DNA from: Marsupella aquatica
Lineage: Eukaryota; Plantae; Marchantiophyta
Reading direction: 5' to 3'
Length of the DNA: 64,000 nucleotides
Assembly (NCBI GenBank): GCA_973895155.1
Contig: OZ316892.1
Coordinates: 14,314,861 to 14,378,860 of the forward strand
Shown here in pieces: positions 14,291 through 27,164 of this stretch; positions within the stretch are counted from its first letter, which is position 1, and the number at the start of each line of letters is the position of its first letter. Position numbers and translations under genes: made by a program. The notes beneath the pieces were generated by a model. It was not told the origin of the DNA and searched no databases. It saw nothing but the letters and a program-made list of their open reading frames with translations.

Positions 14291-15240
14291 TTTTTGTTTT
14301 TTTACTTGAAAGGAGCACTTTACTTAACAGGAAGTAAATTCCAATAAAAACAGGGAATCACCGGCCAGACCCACAAAAGGGACAAAGACCAACAACCACT
14401 CAAAGACCAGACACATCCAGTCAGGAGGGCAAAGGATGAAGGGAACAATGAAAAGTGATCAAACAACAATCACCCAAGATAAATATAACCTACGATCCAA
14501 ACGCAAACATGAGGGCCAACTCACACCGAAGGCCAGGCAAAGAACCAGCCAGAAAACTCAAATCTGAAGCACTGAACCAGGACAAAAATCCAAAAAGAAG
14601 AGGATAATTCATCTGCACAGATCCCATATAACGGACCAGGAAACAATCGCCAAACAGCGAAGCCCAGTCATAGAACTAAAACAATTCATGAGGGATCAAA
14701 GAACCAAAGAGGCCTAACATCGACTACAAACTGTCCATCCTGCAAATAGTAGAGACCTCCATTCTGCATCGCCCTCATCGGCCCCCCCTGAGCCCAACCC
14801 TCATTCCAGGCAATCTTCATACTCATTCGGAGCTCATGCCAAATTTTAAATTGAATCCCCACACTTGAGATACGCAATTGTTCTTTTTCCAATGAACAAC
14901 GAGCTTTCCAAAGCTGCCAACAAGTAATCCCTCGCGCAATGTTCCACAGCTTCAACGAAAAGTCTCTACGAACGATAAGTGGTGTTCCCAAAAGAGCCTG
15001 AACAGGATCAACGTGGAAATGTAAAGGCCAGGATCCAATAGCCTGAAGGATAACCCTTTTTATCCAACTCCAAACCCTCTGCGACTCTGGACACCCCCAT
15101 AGGCAATGAAGTATGTCTTCATGAGCATGATTAACACATCTTGAACACCACCATTCTTCTGCACTACGAAAAAAAGGAATGATTACACCAGCTTCATCTC
15201 TGCGCATCGAGCTGGTAGCGATAATTCTTTGTGCAACTTG
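14291..15240 (-). mobile_element. 5'-truncated L1-type LINE (ORF2 C-terminus, 3' UTR and A-tail)
   Basis: ORF 15294-14686 has a zf-RVT-like CSRC..E.ILHCLWGC...VW motif and CWQLWKAR. It is followed by a T-rich 3' UTR and an A-tail (T-run at 14291-14303 on +). Confidence 0.8.
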
Positions 15241-16555
15241 CCATAAGAAAAAACAGCTTTTAATTACTTTGCCACTAAAGATGCTATAATTCACAACAAT
15301 GCTACCATTTTTATGTATTTATCAAAATGTCACTATTTTGTATACGGATGACAAGTTTACCAAAGAAACCAGGAGAACTTTATATGAAAACCATGACATT
15401 TTTGTAAATACAAAAAAACTAGTGACAATATTATAAATTCAAACATCTTTGGTGACAATATACTTAAAAGCTGTAAGAAAAAATTTATCTTTTCTTCCAT
15501 GTAGGACTTCTAAATACTTCCCCAAATGTAAGTATCCCAGGAACAGCACGAAGCTCCATCCTCCACTTACTAAGGACAATAGACTCCCACAAATCTCTAC
15601 ATTGCAGAAGTTTTTGGAAACAAGTGGTTGATGCATGAAAGAATTTATGACCACCTTTCCATTGAAAACTATTAGCAAGACCCAAAGTAGAGCACGAAGG
15701 ACCTTTTAATCCAATCCCGTATTTATCAGTCACCCAATTCTTCATTCTCCCTATGGTCATGTTGAATAGCGGAGCCCCAATCACTGGCATAAATTAGATC
15801 ATAAATTAATCCACGGAAACCACAGTAGATACTTAACAGTAGTATTCGCTGCATCTTCTACTTGACACTCGCCACTCTCGCGAACAAAACGCTGGTACGT
15901 GTACACGAAACTAATGTACAGTACTATACAGTATTGCACATAAAGTACCAGAGTACTGTACCGTAGGGAGGGCTGACGCCCGAAGGAGCTGACTAGAATA
16001 ATAGAAATAGTCGACAGGTCCACTATTGTACCAGTAGTCGACTCACTCCGAATCCAGAGGAGTAGTAGTGTATGACTGACCGAGTACACGAAACATTAGT
16101 AGTGCCTTCGCGCGATGGTACCCCCGGACTGTATGGAGAAAAGGATGACCTGAGGTGGGATTCGCGAGCAGCAGCCGAAGCGTTGTCACAGTAGGTTTTT
16201 CGAGGAAGGAACTGAACTGTTCGAGACCTGTTCAAGACTCGATGTGGGCGGTGGAAGGGGAGTACAGATTCAGTACTGTAGTAGTAGTAAAGCAGTGAAA
16301 TGTCCGAAGGGATGACGATGAATGTCAGTCAGTCTGTGTCCGATGGTGCGACCCAGGGTTTGGTTCTGGAAAGTTTGTTGTTGTTGGCCTGCAGCGAAGA
16401 CGAGGGCGTTGGATTCGAGCTCAGGTGCAGCGTTTATGTGAGGTGTTGTTGCAAATAGGGTTTACACCGCGGCAAGGGTGAGGGGCGAGGGAGCCGAGGA
16501 GAAGTTGGAGCTGGATTAAAGCTGGGGAAGTCTAGATTCAATCCAGAGGAGGACC

Positions 16556-17680
16556 ATGGGTGGCAGCCTCCCGATGGTACCACCGCGGCCCAGCAAGGAT
16601 GGTGTCACAGCGACTAGCATTCGGGAGCACGACGCCGCATACTTTCACGCCTACTCTCACATTGGCGTCCATGAGGAGATGATCAAGGACCGAACTCGGA
16701 CTGACGCGTATCGAGATGCCATTTTCATGCATGCCGATGCCATTCGGGACAAGGTGGTGGTTGATGTGGGGTGCGGGACTGGCATTCTTTCTATTTTCTG
16801 TGCCTACGCTGGCGCACGCAAGGTCTATGCTGTCGATGCCAGTGATATTGCTGTCCAGGCGCAGCAAGTGGTCAAGACGAATGGACTCGCTGATATAATC
16901 ACAGTGTTGGTGGGACGCGTGGAGGAGGTGGAGATAGACGAGGAAGTGGATGTCATCGTTTCGGAGTGGATGGGATACATGCTCCTGTATGAAAGTATGT
17001 TGTCAAGTGTGATCTGTGCCCGTGACCGTTGGCTGAAGCCCGGAGGCATCATTCTCCCTTCTCATGCTACCCTTTACATGGCTCCCATAACAAATGCCGA
17101 GAGATATGCGGAGAGCATTGATTTTTGGCGAGACGTGTATGGTATTGATATGTCTGCAATGTTACCCCTTGCTAAGCAATGTGCATTTGAAGAACCCTGT
17201 GTGGAGTCCATCACTGCAGAGAATGTTCTTTCATGGCCCATTGTTGTAAAACAGGTCGACTGCAGTAAGGTGACTGTAGAAGAATTGCAAGTTGTGACGG
17301 CTGACTTCCATACTACTTCCATGATGATGGCATCCCTGCACGGCTTTGCTTTCTGGTTTGATGTAACTTTCGGAGATCCAGCTCCTGAGTCACCAGCTTC
17401 GGGCAGTCCGGCTGCCAATGATCATAACGGGAAGCCTTTACATACACCTGAGGGGAAAGGTTCTGACACTCTTACACTTTCCACTGCTCCAGAGGAAAGT
17501 CCTACGCATTGGCAACAGACAATCCTCTATATATACGATCCAATTGAAGTAGTTCAAGACCAAGTGATATCGGGTTCTGTCACCTTATCACAAGCCGTGG
17601 AAAATCCACGGTTTTTAAATATACACCTGGATTATGCATCGGGAGAACGGCGTGGCGTGAAGGAATCTGTGATGCGGTAA
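16556..17680 (+). CDS. PRMT6: type I protein arginine N-methyltransferase, PRMT6-like, intronless
   Basis: YFHAYSHIGVHEEMIKDRTRT, VVDVGCGTGILS, double-E loop SEWMGYMLLYESML, THWQQT loop. Confidence 0.9.
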   Translation: MGGSLPMVPPRPSKDGVTATSIREHDAAYFHAYSHIGVHEEMIKDRTRTDAYRDAIFMHADAIRDKVVVDVGCGTGILSIFCAYAGARKVYAVDASDIAVQAQQVVKTNGLADIITVLVGRVEEVEIDEEVDVIVSEWMGYMLLYESMLSSVICARDRWLKPGGIILPSHATLYMAPITNAERYAESIDFWRDVYGIDMSAMLPLAKQCAFEEPCVESITAENVLSWPIVVKQVDCSKVTVEELQVVTADFHTTSMMMASLHGFAFWFDVTFGDPAPESPASGSPAANDHNGKPLHTPEGKGSDTLTLSTAPEESPTHWQQTILYIYDPIEVVQDQVISGSVTLSQAVENPRFLNIHLDYASGERRGVKESVMR

Positions 17681-18811
17681 ATTATCGAAGTTACCTTTTT
17701 CTGGCAACTTCTCTATGGTTTCATCAAGATTCTTAAGAGCATTTTACATTATCATAGGGTAACAGATTGCTTCTGCTTCTAGTGGTACCCTCTCAAAAAA
17801 TCACATGTGTAGATTGCAAGCATGAATACAATTTCTCAAGCATGGCACAGTACTATTTTTCCTTTGGCACGCTCGAGAATTGCATATGGGAATTTCCCAT
17901 ACATTCTTTTGGCTCTTTTTTGTGTCTTCCATGGCATGATGTTGTGCTTACTTCAGGTACTGTGTTTTAGATAGGAAAGTTTCATGTTTATTTACCGAGC
18001 ATTAGAGTGCTTGTCAGCTGTTCGAGCTCACCACTAGGCGTCGCTTGAGAATTGATTGATTGGAAAGTCATTTAAGGTCAAGTTAGTTCTGTCTGTCCGT
18101 CTCCGATTTGTTCATCGGTCAAAGGTTTCTGTGTTGATCATTGCACACCTTATGGATTGAAGCCGATGTTCGTTCTACCCGGAGGTCCAACGTACAGAGT
18201 GCACCTCTGTAGGGTTTTAGTTTAAATGGGTGCATAATTATGTCCCGGGTTGCAGATATGGATAATGTGGAGTGAAAGCACTGAATATTGTTCCTCGAAG
18301 TGTTTATGATCATGAGGGACGCGATAGCTCAGGTAATTTGATGTTACCTTTGCCATAGATATCTATCGTGATTAAAAGTTTCGAATGAAGATGCACCTCG
18401 AGACAACTTACACCTAGCTTGCTCGATCGATGTATGTCCCATCACGCCATCGTACAGCACTTGTGAATTTCGTTTTTACTAGAATTTAACTTCAAACATC
18501 TTCGTCCTATTGCACCTGTAATACCTTGGAATCTTCTCAAAAGACCACGCGTATTTGAATGCAGAGACAAGTTTGCTTTCCAAGGAGAGACAAACTCATG
18601 TTCCTTTTATTATCAGTTACATTAGATGCAGCCGTTGCATGGGGTTCAGATTTGCTGTACGCCTACAATGCAAGGCAGAGACGCCGAAGATATTCAGTAA
18701 GATTGACGCCGTGGATCTCCATTAAGAGTAGAGACCGGGAGTGCCGTTCTTCATTCATGACAAACTGAAGTAGCGGTGCCGGCTTGACGTACCTCGTCGT
18801 CCATTCGGACG

Positions 18812-19015
18812 AATTTCATTGAATTCACTTGATGTGGGCGAATCGGTCGGTACTTCGATCGTTCGAACGAATTGTTAATTAATTCACTTGGTGTGTGAAT
18901 CGGTCGGTACTTCGGTCGTTCAAACGAAGTTCAATTAATTCCACATGGTGTGTGAATCGGTCGGTACTTCGGTCGTTCAAATGAAGTTCAATTAATTCCA
19001 CATGGTGTGCGAACC
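18812..19015. repeat. 57-bp tandem repeat x~3.5
   Basis: AATCGGTCGGTACTTCG at 18841, 18898 and 18955. Confidence 0.9.
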
Positions 19016-19084
19016 CGTTGTCCGATTGTCTCTGATTCGAGGAAATGTAGAAATGGATCGAGCCGGCGGGCAACGCCAAGATCA

Positions 19085-19278
19085 GAAAGCATGGGATGAG
19101 AGGCTGTGGACCCAACCAAAGGAAAAGAATGGGATGTAACCTTCCTCCGGGGAACTGGGTATATGCACATCAAATACAGAAGCATGGGATTGAGAGGCTG
19201 TGTACCCAACCAAAGGAAAAGAATGGGATGTAATCCCCCTCCAGGAGTGAGCTGGGTACATGCACATCAAAATATGAC
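19085..19278. repeat. ~95-bp tandem duplication next to the retroelement 3' end
   Basis: AAGCATGGGAT.GAGAGGCTGTG.ACCCAACCAAAGGAAAAGAATGGGATGTAA occurs twice. Confidence 0.85.
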
Positions 19279-22200
19279 ATGAGGATAAATATGACATATA
19301 AGCAATATCAGACTGCCAAAGAGCAGGGGGCGTTGAACCCGGAGACAGGATCCCGCAGGCCAAAAAACCCAATCAAGGGAAGACAAGAAAAAAGGCCAAA
19401 AGGCCAAAGAGCAAAAACAAAAAAGACCAGGCACAAGCCCAGTCCAAGGAGAACAAAGGACACACAAACCTAAGGACTAGCCAACTGCAAAGTGAAGGGC
19501 CTGATAAAGCTCTGTCGTGAACTGCATAGGGGGGTCAAGCAAGGGAATCCGACTAGACGCCCTGACTCCAACCGCCTCTCCTCTACGAAGGATAGTGAAG
19601 GCTTGTGCACGCTGAAGTGCAATGGACACCCGCTGTCTAAAAAAGGCTGTGATAACAGAGACGGGTGGATAAGGCCGTCGCTCGACGTAATGAATCGCAC
19701 AGGAACGCAAGAAATGGTCAAAAGTCGGGTGCAGCGCTCCAAAGACCTCCACGGCAAATGGGTAAAAAAGGTCCCCTGGGTAACGCGTAGCATAAGCCTC
19801 CTCCTTGAGGCAAGCAGCCCTCGTGGCAGCATGACCCGGGATATGGGCCGCGGATGCCAAATTGGCTCCACTCGTGGGGTCAGCAACAACCACATCCCCA
19901 AGGGCACGAACACCAGCGCGAGAGAAAACCAAATCAGCCCGACGCCTGTCCGGAACTCCATCCCGGGGTGGTAACACATGTCGTTGCTCCATCATAACAT
20001 GATACCCGGAATCACGAGCAATGGCGGCCACCACATCCCGTATGTCATCATGTGTCGCCGTCCGCTCACTACCATGACCACATCGCAGGATATGGATTCC
20101 CCCCCTATCCAAGGGCGCCCCACAAACGCATGTGGGTTGCCCAAGGAGGCATGGGTGGGGAAGACCAAGTCGGAGGCGCATGGAAGTGGTGAAGACAAAA
20201 GAACTCATACGAAAGGGGGCCCACAATGGGCTGGCAGATAACCAAGCCCCCGAACCAACGCCCGAACCGGATAAAAGACGAGCACGAACCAAGTCAGAAG
20301 TTGTGTCGGAAAGCATGCTAGAAAGGGTGAATCGGTGCATGCGATCAGAGATCACCTGTTGAACTCGGTCGGGACTGTCCAAAATAACTCCCTCAAAAGC
20401 AGGGACCACGCTCTGCACATCCTCCGATAATAAGGACCAGGCATGACGAAGCTGGACCTGAAAAGGGAGAGCTCCGTTCTCCACTCCCATGACCGGGTCA
20501 GAGAGGATAGGTCGAAGGTCCACAATGAAACGTGACGCCAAGGCGGGGGCCACCTGCGCCCAACTGCCAAGAAACGCACAAGGAGCAGCAACCACAGCCG
20601 AGGACACCCCCAGACCACCTCCCGATGGGGGCAGAGACGCCTGCCTAGCCGCAAAAGAACCATCCTCTCCATCAAGGGCTCCAGGACCGATGAGGTTACC
20701 AAAGACCCGCATCACGGTGGTGTCAAAGGAAGAGAGCAAGGACAAAAACACTGGGGTGGGGGGGGACCGTCCGCAGGAGGTAAGATGGTCGGCGAACAAA
20801 ACACAAAACCAAAATCAAGAAGGCAATCTGGACATCTCCCAAAGCCACCAGCTGGTCAAGGTGCAAGACATCCTGGTCCAAGGCAGACTGTAGAAACTCC
20901 TGCTCAAAGGCCAACCCCCCAAACGGCACCCCAAGGACCCGAATGCCATCATGTCTAATGGGGATATCAAGAGGGGGGGAGAATGAGTCCGGGAGAGGAA
21001 GACGGGACCAGACCCCACACTTCCTAGGCTGTACCGACAAACCAATAATGGCAAGCTGCTGAACAAAATGGATATAGGCATCTCCAAGAAGCAAAGCAGG
21101 AGCAACAATGTGAGTATCGTCAGCAACAAAGGGGAACAAGCAACCTGGAAAGGCACTGGAAGATACCCATATGGCCCGAAGATGAGCCAAGGCAAACAAC
21201 GCACCACCAAGGGGATCCCCCTGCCGAGTGTCGGACTCGGACATAATGGTGGAGTATGTCCCAGACGCCAGATGATCAGAGTAGACCAAGGGGGCAGGGG
21301 TCCCATAAAAAGCTCGAGCAAAAGGGATGAGGGAGGCAATCTCCCCCCCAGCGTCCCGAAGCTCCTCAAAAATCACACGACGGGAGACAGAGTTGAAGGC
21401 ATTTGCAACATCCACCTGAATGACCCCCCAATCAGGGTGGAGGTCCAAAACGGCCCGCAAGCCATGTACCACACTCTCACAACCGCCCGGGGTGGCCACG
21501 CCGAACTGGTGGGGGAAGAAGTGTGATGCAAACGGGGCCCTCATCTGTAAATAAATGCAACGGCTAACCAAACGATACAGGACCTCCCCAGTGGCCAGGG
21601 GTCGAACACCACCAGTCTCCTTGTCCAAAGCCATGAGCCGACACGCCCCCAAGAGCCGAGCGACAACCGGCGGAATGCCGCCACCTGCAACATGAGCACA
21701 CACCTGGAACAACTCCGGGAAACCCGATGCCGAGTCATCAGGGGAGAAGCAGTCCCTGAGGTGCTCAAACCTCATCCCAGAGATGCCCCCAGCGGAAAGA
21801 CGGGGCAAGTGAAGGAAGACAGAGGAAAATATCTTGCGAGAAAGGGAGAACTCAACCTCCGGAGAGAAACTCCCAATGAAACCTGGAACCGCGCAAGAAG
21901 TCGGGGGATGAAGGGACCGAAGGGCCACAACAGTCTCGACCGAAGGAGGAGAGGGGGAAAGGGGAACCAAGGAACGTGCGGCCCGAGAGAACTCCCCCTC
22001 CCGTCCCAACAAAAGACATCGGCAAAGGCGGCGTTGTACAGGAGGGACCAGCGGTTCCTCCTCAACCTCAGAGGCCCGAGAGGCCAATGCAAGAAGCCGG
22101 TGATAGAACTCCTTCTGAAGCAAAACCCAGTCCCCCGACAAAAACCGTTGCAACCTGGCAATGGTCTCTCTATGCCCGGCCGGGCCCCCCGAGGAGGGAG

Positions 22201-22729
22201 AGTCAACACCCAATGAGGAAGCAAGAGGAGCAGGGACCAGGCACCGACATCAGTGGGGTCACGCGCCAGCTGGTCAAAAGGAAGACGAAAGGCCTGCCGA
22301 AGCAGGGGCCGCAAGGGCACAGGAATCCGGGTATACAATCGAGGATGCCGAAAACCGGGATAAAGAGCCGCAAGGACATCCAGGTGGGCCAGCCAATCCC
22401 AGGAAGAAGGGGGGGCAGACGGGGGAGGGGGAAGGGGGGAGCACAGAGGAGGAGGAAGCACGAAGAGCGGGACAAGAGCGACGATGACGAGTCAGACCAG
22501 ATGGTTGGTACCAACTGTGACAAGCATCACACTGGACACGGGAATCAGAAGGAGAAGAGGGGGGGGAGAGGGACGGAACCTGCGAGCTGAACGAGGGGTG
22601 GAAGATGGTGAAGCCATAGGGACAAGAGTGGTGGGAGGGGAACTAGGATAGGAGGGGAGTTCCATGGGAAAAAGCTAGGAAAAAGCTGGGATAAAGGGTG
22701 GAGGCAAAGGAAAATAAGGATCTAGGTAA
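19279..22729 (-). mobile_element. non-LTR retrotransposon with RT + CCHC + restriction-like endonuclease (CRE/SLACS/Cnl1-like), frameshifted
   Basis: Three overlapping ORFs (22461-21772, 22213-20723, 20799-19477) join into one protein with GVRPLATGE..YRL, DVANAFNSVSR, RQGDPLG, VADD, G.RVLGVPFG, CVCG..H...C, THD, RADL..GDV and FRQRVSIALQR. The breaks fall at G/C homopolymers near 22185 and 20760. Confidence 0.88.
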
Positions 22730-22774
22730 ATGCATATCAAAATATGACGTTGTGTGTCCTACATTACTTCATAC

Positions 22775-23060
22775 CATGATAAATTTTGTTACTTTATTTA
22801 AATCAATGAGCGCACATCATATAGTATCACATTTTTATGCCTGATTATCATGATAAATTTTGTTATGTTATTTAAATCAATGAATGCATATTATATATTA
22901 CCACATTTTTATGCATGATTACCTGACAGGGTTTCAAGAGAGGCTAGAGGGATGTAATCTTAGAGGGGGGAGGGGATTACCCGACAGTGTTTCAGGAGAG
23001 GCTAGTGGGATATAATCCTAGAGGGGGGAGGGGATAATGGGATGTAATCCCAGAGGGCAC
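22775..23060. repeat. two adjacent tandem duplications (~75 bp AT-rich; ~59 bp G-rich)
   Basis: CATGATAAATTTTGTTA..TATTTAAATCAATGA twice; GACAG.GTTTCA.GAGAGGCTAG.GGGAT.TAATC.TAGAGGGGGGAGGGGAT twice. Confidence 0.8.
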
Positions 23061-26000
23061 TGACACTGAGACTAGTGGTTACAGTCATTATTCCCAAGTG
23101 AGGATGAGTTACCTAACATAGTCTCTCATTTTTTAGTTATAATCGTAACTGCGCCCCTTACGCAACGATGCTTCCTTTCCGGATGATGGCAGTTGAATTG
23201 CTAAAATTTATATAAATGGCTGTGGGGCACATACAATTGCTCAGACAATTTGGGCTATATCCGAGACTTGAATGATAAACAATACCAATTAATAAAAAAA
23301 TAGGTCTACTCTAGCAATCCCTATCTTTCTCATTAGTTCTTCCTTTCTATAACCATCTTCCTCGTTTTTAGTTACTCATCAAATGGCCCAGCCTCTATTT
23401 TTCAAATACGGATTATACTTGAGATACTTGTACAAACCATTCCGGACCATCCAAAGTTTTCGCATTAGACCTGGGGGTCCCTGGTGTACCTCGGATGGAT
23501 TCATAATACAAGGCCAAAAATGTAGCACTGCTTAGTCCAAAGGCCATTATAAGCAAACCAATTGGGTGACAGAAGTACTGAAAAAGGAATAAAAATGAGC
23601 TTTAGTCAATTATTTCCCAAATATAATTCTAGTTTTAATCCATTTGGTGGGAGTGCTATACAATGTTCAGTGATACAATTACAACAAAACAAGGTCAAAG
23701 TCATTATTCCCAAGTGAAGATGAGTTACCTAACATAAAGCCTACCTAACATAAAGCCTGAACCTTTCAGTTTAATTTTACACAACAAAAGTTTCATCCAT
23801 CACTAATAAGTGAATAGAAAACACCGAGATATTTTAGCATGTGAGCACCAACAAAAAGAACTTTCTTCCCATAATGAACTGACTTCCTGTACCCAGAGCA
23901 CAATAATACTCTCTCTTGGAGAGATAATGAATTGTACTTTTTAGTGCATCAAAAGAGTTTTTCAGCCATGACTTTGTTGACCCAATTCATTTGGGCTAAG
24001 ACAGGTTTCTTTTATGGTGCTACCAAGCTTGGAGACTATAAATCTGAAGTCAAATGAAAATTTCCAGAACTTTTCAATGACCTTCATCAACCAATCAAAT
24101 AAAAGAGAAGGGAAGGGAAGGGAACACTAAATAAATTGGCGTGAGAGTGGAGAATGAAATAAAGGAAATTAATTGAGGACAACTTGAATCAAGTATGAAA
24201 AGTAGTGTAAAAGGCAAATTAGTCCGTGGACCCCTTGGCTAATTGACAGCATGGTTATCACAAGTAGTTGTCAAAATGAAGCCTTTTCGTTACTTACAAG
24301 AGTCACGTTCTCAAGCTACTAGAGTCAGAATTCAATTTGTGGCAAGTTCATTTGCAATTAGATGAATGTTCACTCAAATGAATTGTATCAGTTGGTTGAG
24401 TTCAAGTTGGGTTGATGGCTAGCAGTTTACCTTAATTGCAAAGAGCCAGAAATCTTACTCCAGGTGCCAATTACTCTTTAAACCACAAATATGGGTAACC
24501 CGGAGCCCTCATTCCCAAGTGCATCCAACACTTAAAACAACGGGCACATCCCTTCAACTGTTAGATTTACATTGAAAGCAGTGCTTACTATCAACCATCA
24601 GATCAGATCTATGGCTCAAATTGTAGGTCTCGTTGAGATTTACGTCTGTGAAAAAAAACAGGCAAAATGGTTGGATATTTTGTGAGAAATATAAAAAAAA
24701 CAAACGGGGCAATCTGATTGGCCCAATTTGAAATTTGAATTTCAGGGAGAAGGGTCGATCTGAGCCATCTCCATTTCTTGTCTCCGGAAATCTCGTCTGT
24801 CCATCATAATGGCCAATCTATGGCTCAAAAGAAAGATCTCAAAGAGATCTATGGATGGGTTCTGTCCGTTTTGTAAATGGGTTAATATTTTTCAAATGAA
24901 AAACAATTCCAAGCCTTCCTAGCCGTGGATTTTGTTGATTTGACAATCTTTGTCGTCCATTTTGTAATGTCTCTCGAAATCTTATTCATCCATGTTAGAA
25001 GGCGATCTAGGGTGCAAAAGAAATTGAGATCTACGACTGGGTATTTTTTTGTTTTGAGAATGAGTAAATAATTTTGAGTATAAAATTTGGTGAACTTTCA
25101 AGATTCCAGCCATTCCTCCTCCCCGATCCGGTTTCTATGTGCTCTTCCTAGCATTAATGACCATACAATACAAGAGGTCTTTAGACACCGGGAACTGCAG
25201 TTTAACAAGGAAATTATCAAGTTAGTTAATAGCCTTTATTATATAAAAAAATACTTAAAAAAAATTTTTGAATTTAAGTTTTAAATAAAAAGTAACTAAA
25301 ACGGTTACATAGTGACAATTTTAACTGTCTTGTGTTTTGTATTTCTAATTTTGTATTTCTAATTTTTTTACTTCTCTTTTTACGGCATGGCATCCCAAAA
25401 TTTACACGAAAATTGACGCAAACACGAATGAAAATAATAAATTTGATTCACAAAACTGACAAGTTTTGTTTGTTACGATTGTTATTGACGTGTCACACTC
25501 TAGTGCCAGGAATTTTGGAAGGGAACTCTGGTGGGATCCATAACTATATTGAACACTTTCTTTATTGAACACTTTCTTTAGGATAGTGACAACACATTGA
25601 GTAACACAAATATTAACTATTAATTAGATTCAAGAAAGGATGAAGATATATTTTAATTGATCCCAAAAAATAATTACTTTGAATGTAAAAAATGAAATAA
25701 CAGATCTCCAATAAATATAGTATTTCAATTTCAGCGTTTAAAAGATATGAGTATCAACTTTTGCCATAGTCCTGGGGGCAACGGGTCCTTTGATCCTCAG
25801 CGTTTCAATAGATACGACAGAAACTTATGACAATTTTCAATAGATATTAAGACCGCTTCTGCCATTATCTTTGCTAATAGTTGAATAGTTTCATTATTAA
25901 AAAAACAATGATATGACTTAAGATATACAAACTAACTGTTGGCACAATATTCATTATTCAATAAAGTAATGATAGAACAAAGCGCGCATACCACTATATA

Positions 26001-26076
26001 AAGAGCTTTCTGACCAATTTGAAACCTTGCTTTCCTTTTCCGAGCTCAACTGCATTATCATGCCTATTTATTAGTA

Positions 26077-26152
26077 GGCACCCTACAATAGAACATCCAT
26101 GAGGCACCCTAGAGTAGAACATCCATGAGGCACCCTAGAGTAGAACATCCAT
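26077..26152. repeat. 3 x 26-bp tandem repeat (GGCACCCTAGAGTAGAACATCCATGA)
   Basis: Read directly. Confidence 0.9.
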
Positions 26153-27164
26153 AATGCGTTACCGAGCGTCACCACAGCATATGCATTGAAGAGTAAGTTT
26201 TGCACTGTCTATGTCGTATATATAAAAAATCCTGAATAATTTGTGCCTTGAACTCCATACCATACAACCATAGTATTCAACATCCATCCATCCTAGTTAC
26301 ATATCATGACCGTCACCATTCAACATCCATCCTCCTGACCGATAACACACGAATGAGTGATAGCAACGAAAACTGAACAAGTCTTTAAGAGAGAATTCCC
26401 AAAACCCAAGTTTAGAGCGTCGTTCACAAGCAAAGCGGAATGCTCTTCAAAGACGTGACAGATGGAACAGCCTCCTCATGATTGACCGCGATCATCGGGG
26501 AATAATAAAAACCATATCCCTCTTTGAGGATGTAGATCTGGTTGCATTGGCTGGAGTGTGGAATGCAATTTCTGTGGAAAGAGGATGCAATTTCTGTGGC
26601 TGTAGAGTGAGGATCGCGTCAATTCACCCTCAAAGGAGATGGAACCAATCTCTTTTCAGTCTTTACGTGGGTATGTCCTCCCCTATATTCCACTGCTTGA
26701 ACACGCAGGTATTTCTCAATCCCTCTGCCATGATTACAAGCTGAATGACACCCCATAGAATGTCTCACAGGTAATGCTACGCACGACTCAAGAATGAACA
26801 GATCTCCGGACAGATGCATCTGGTGAAGGCTCTCGACCCTTCGTCAGAAACCAATACAACCAAATTGCAGACATTCACGACCCTGAGATCCAGTTCAAAT
26901 GGGAAAGAACAAACTGAAAGCTTCGGAACAAAATTTCTTCCATTCATGAAAATGGGAATAATATCGGCATATCTTTGTTTCAGACAGAACCCTCAAACGG
27001 AAGCATTGATCCCTCAAAAATGATTTGTTGCACCGCACGGCTCCCTGACTCAAAATTTTGTACAAACTAGCTTCCTGTATAAATGCAGTTGCAGGTGACC
27101 TCCGTAGAAAAAAGTTGAAGAGACATCTGCACACGGTATCAAAAAATACAATTAGATATGTGCC

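Noticed and set aside
18812-19015. CRISPR-like array or ribozyme in the 57-bp repeats
   Set aside because: Whole units repeat with no unique spacers, the context is eukaryotic with no cas genes, and no hammerhead or HDV core was recognised.
19492-22590. Multiple plus-strand ORFs over the retroelement
   Set aside because: Antisense shadows of a GC-rich coding strand.
24600-25080. Recurring CTATGGCTCAAA..GAGATCTA motifs as a defined transposon
   Set aside because: Probably a decayed DNA-transposon relic, but no termini could be placed.
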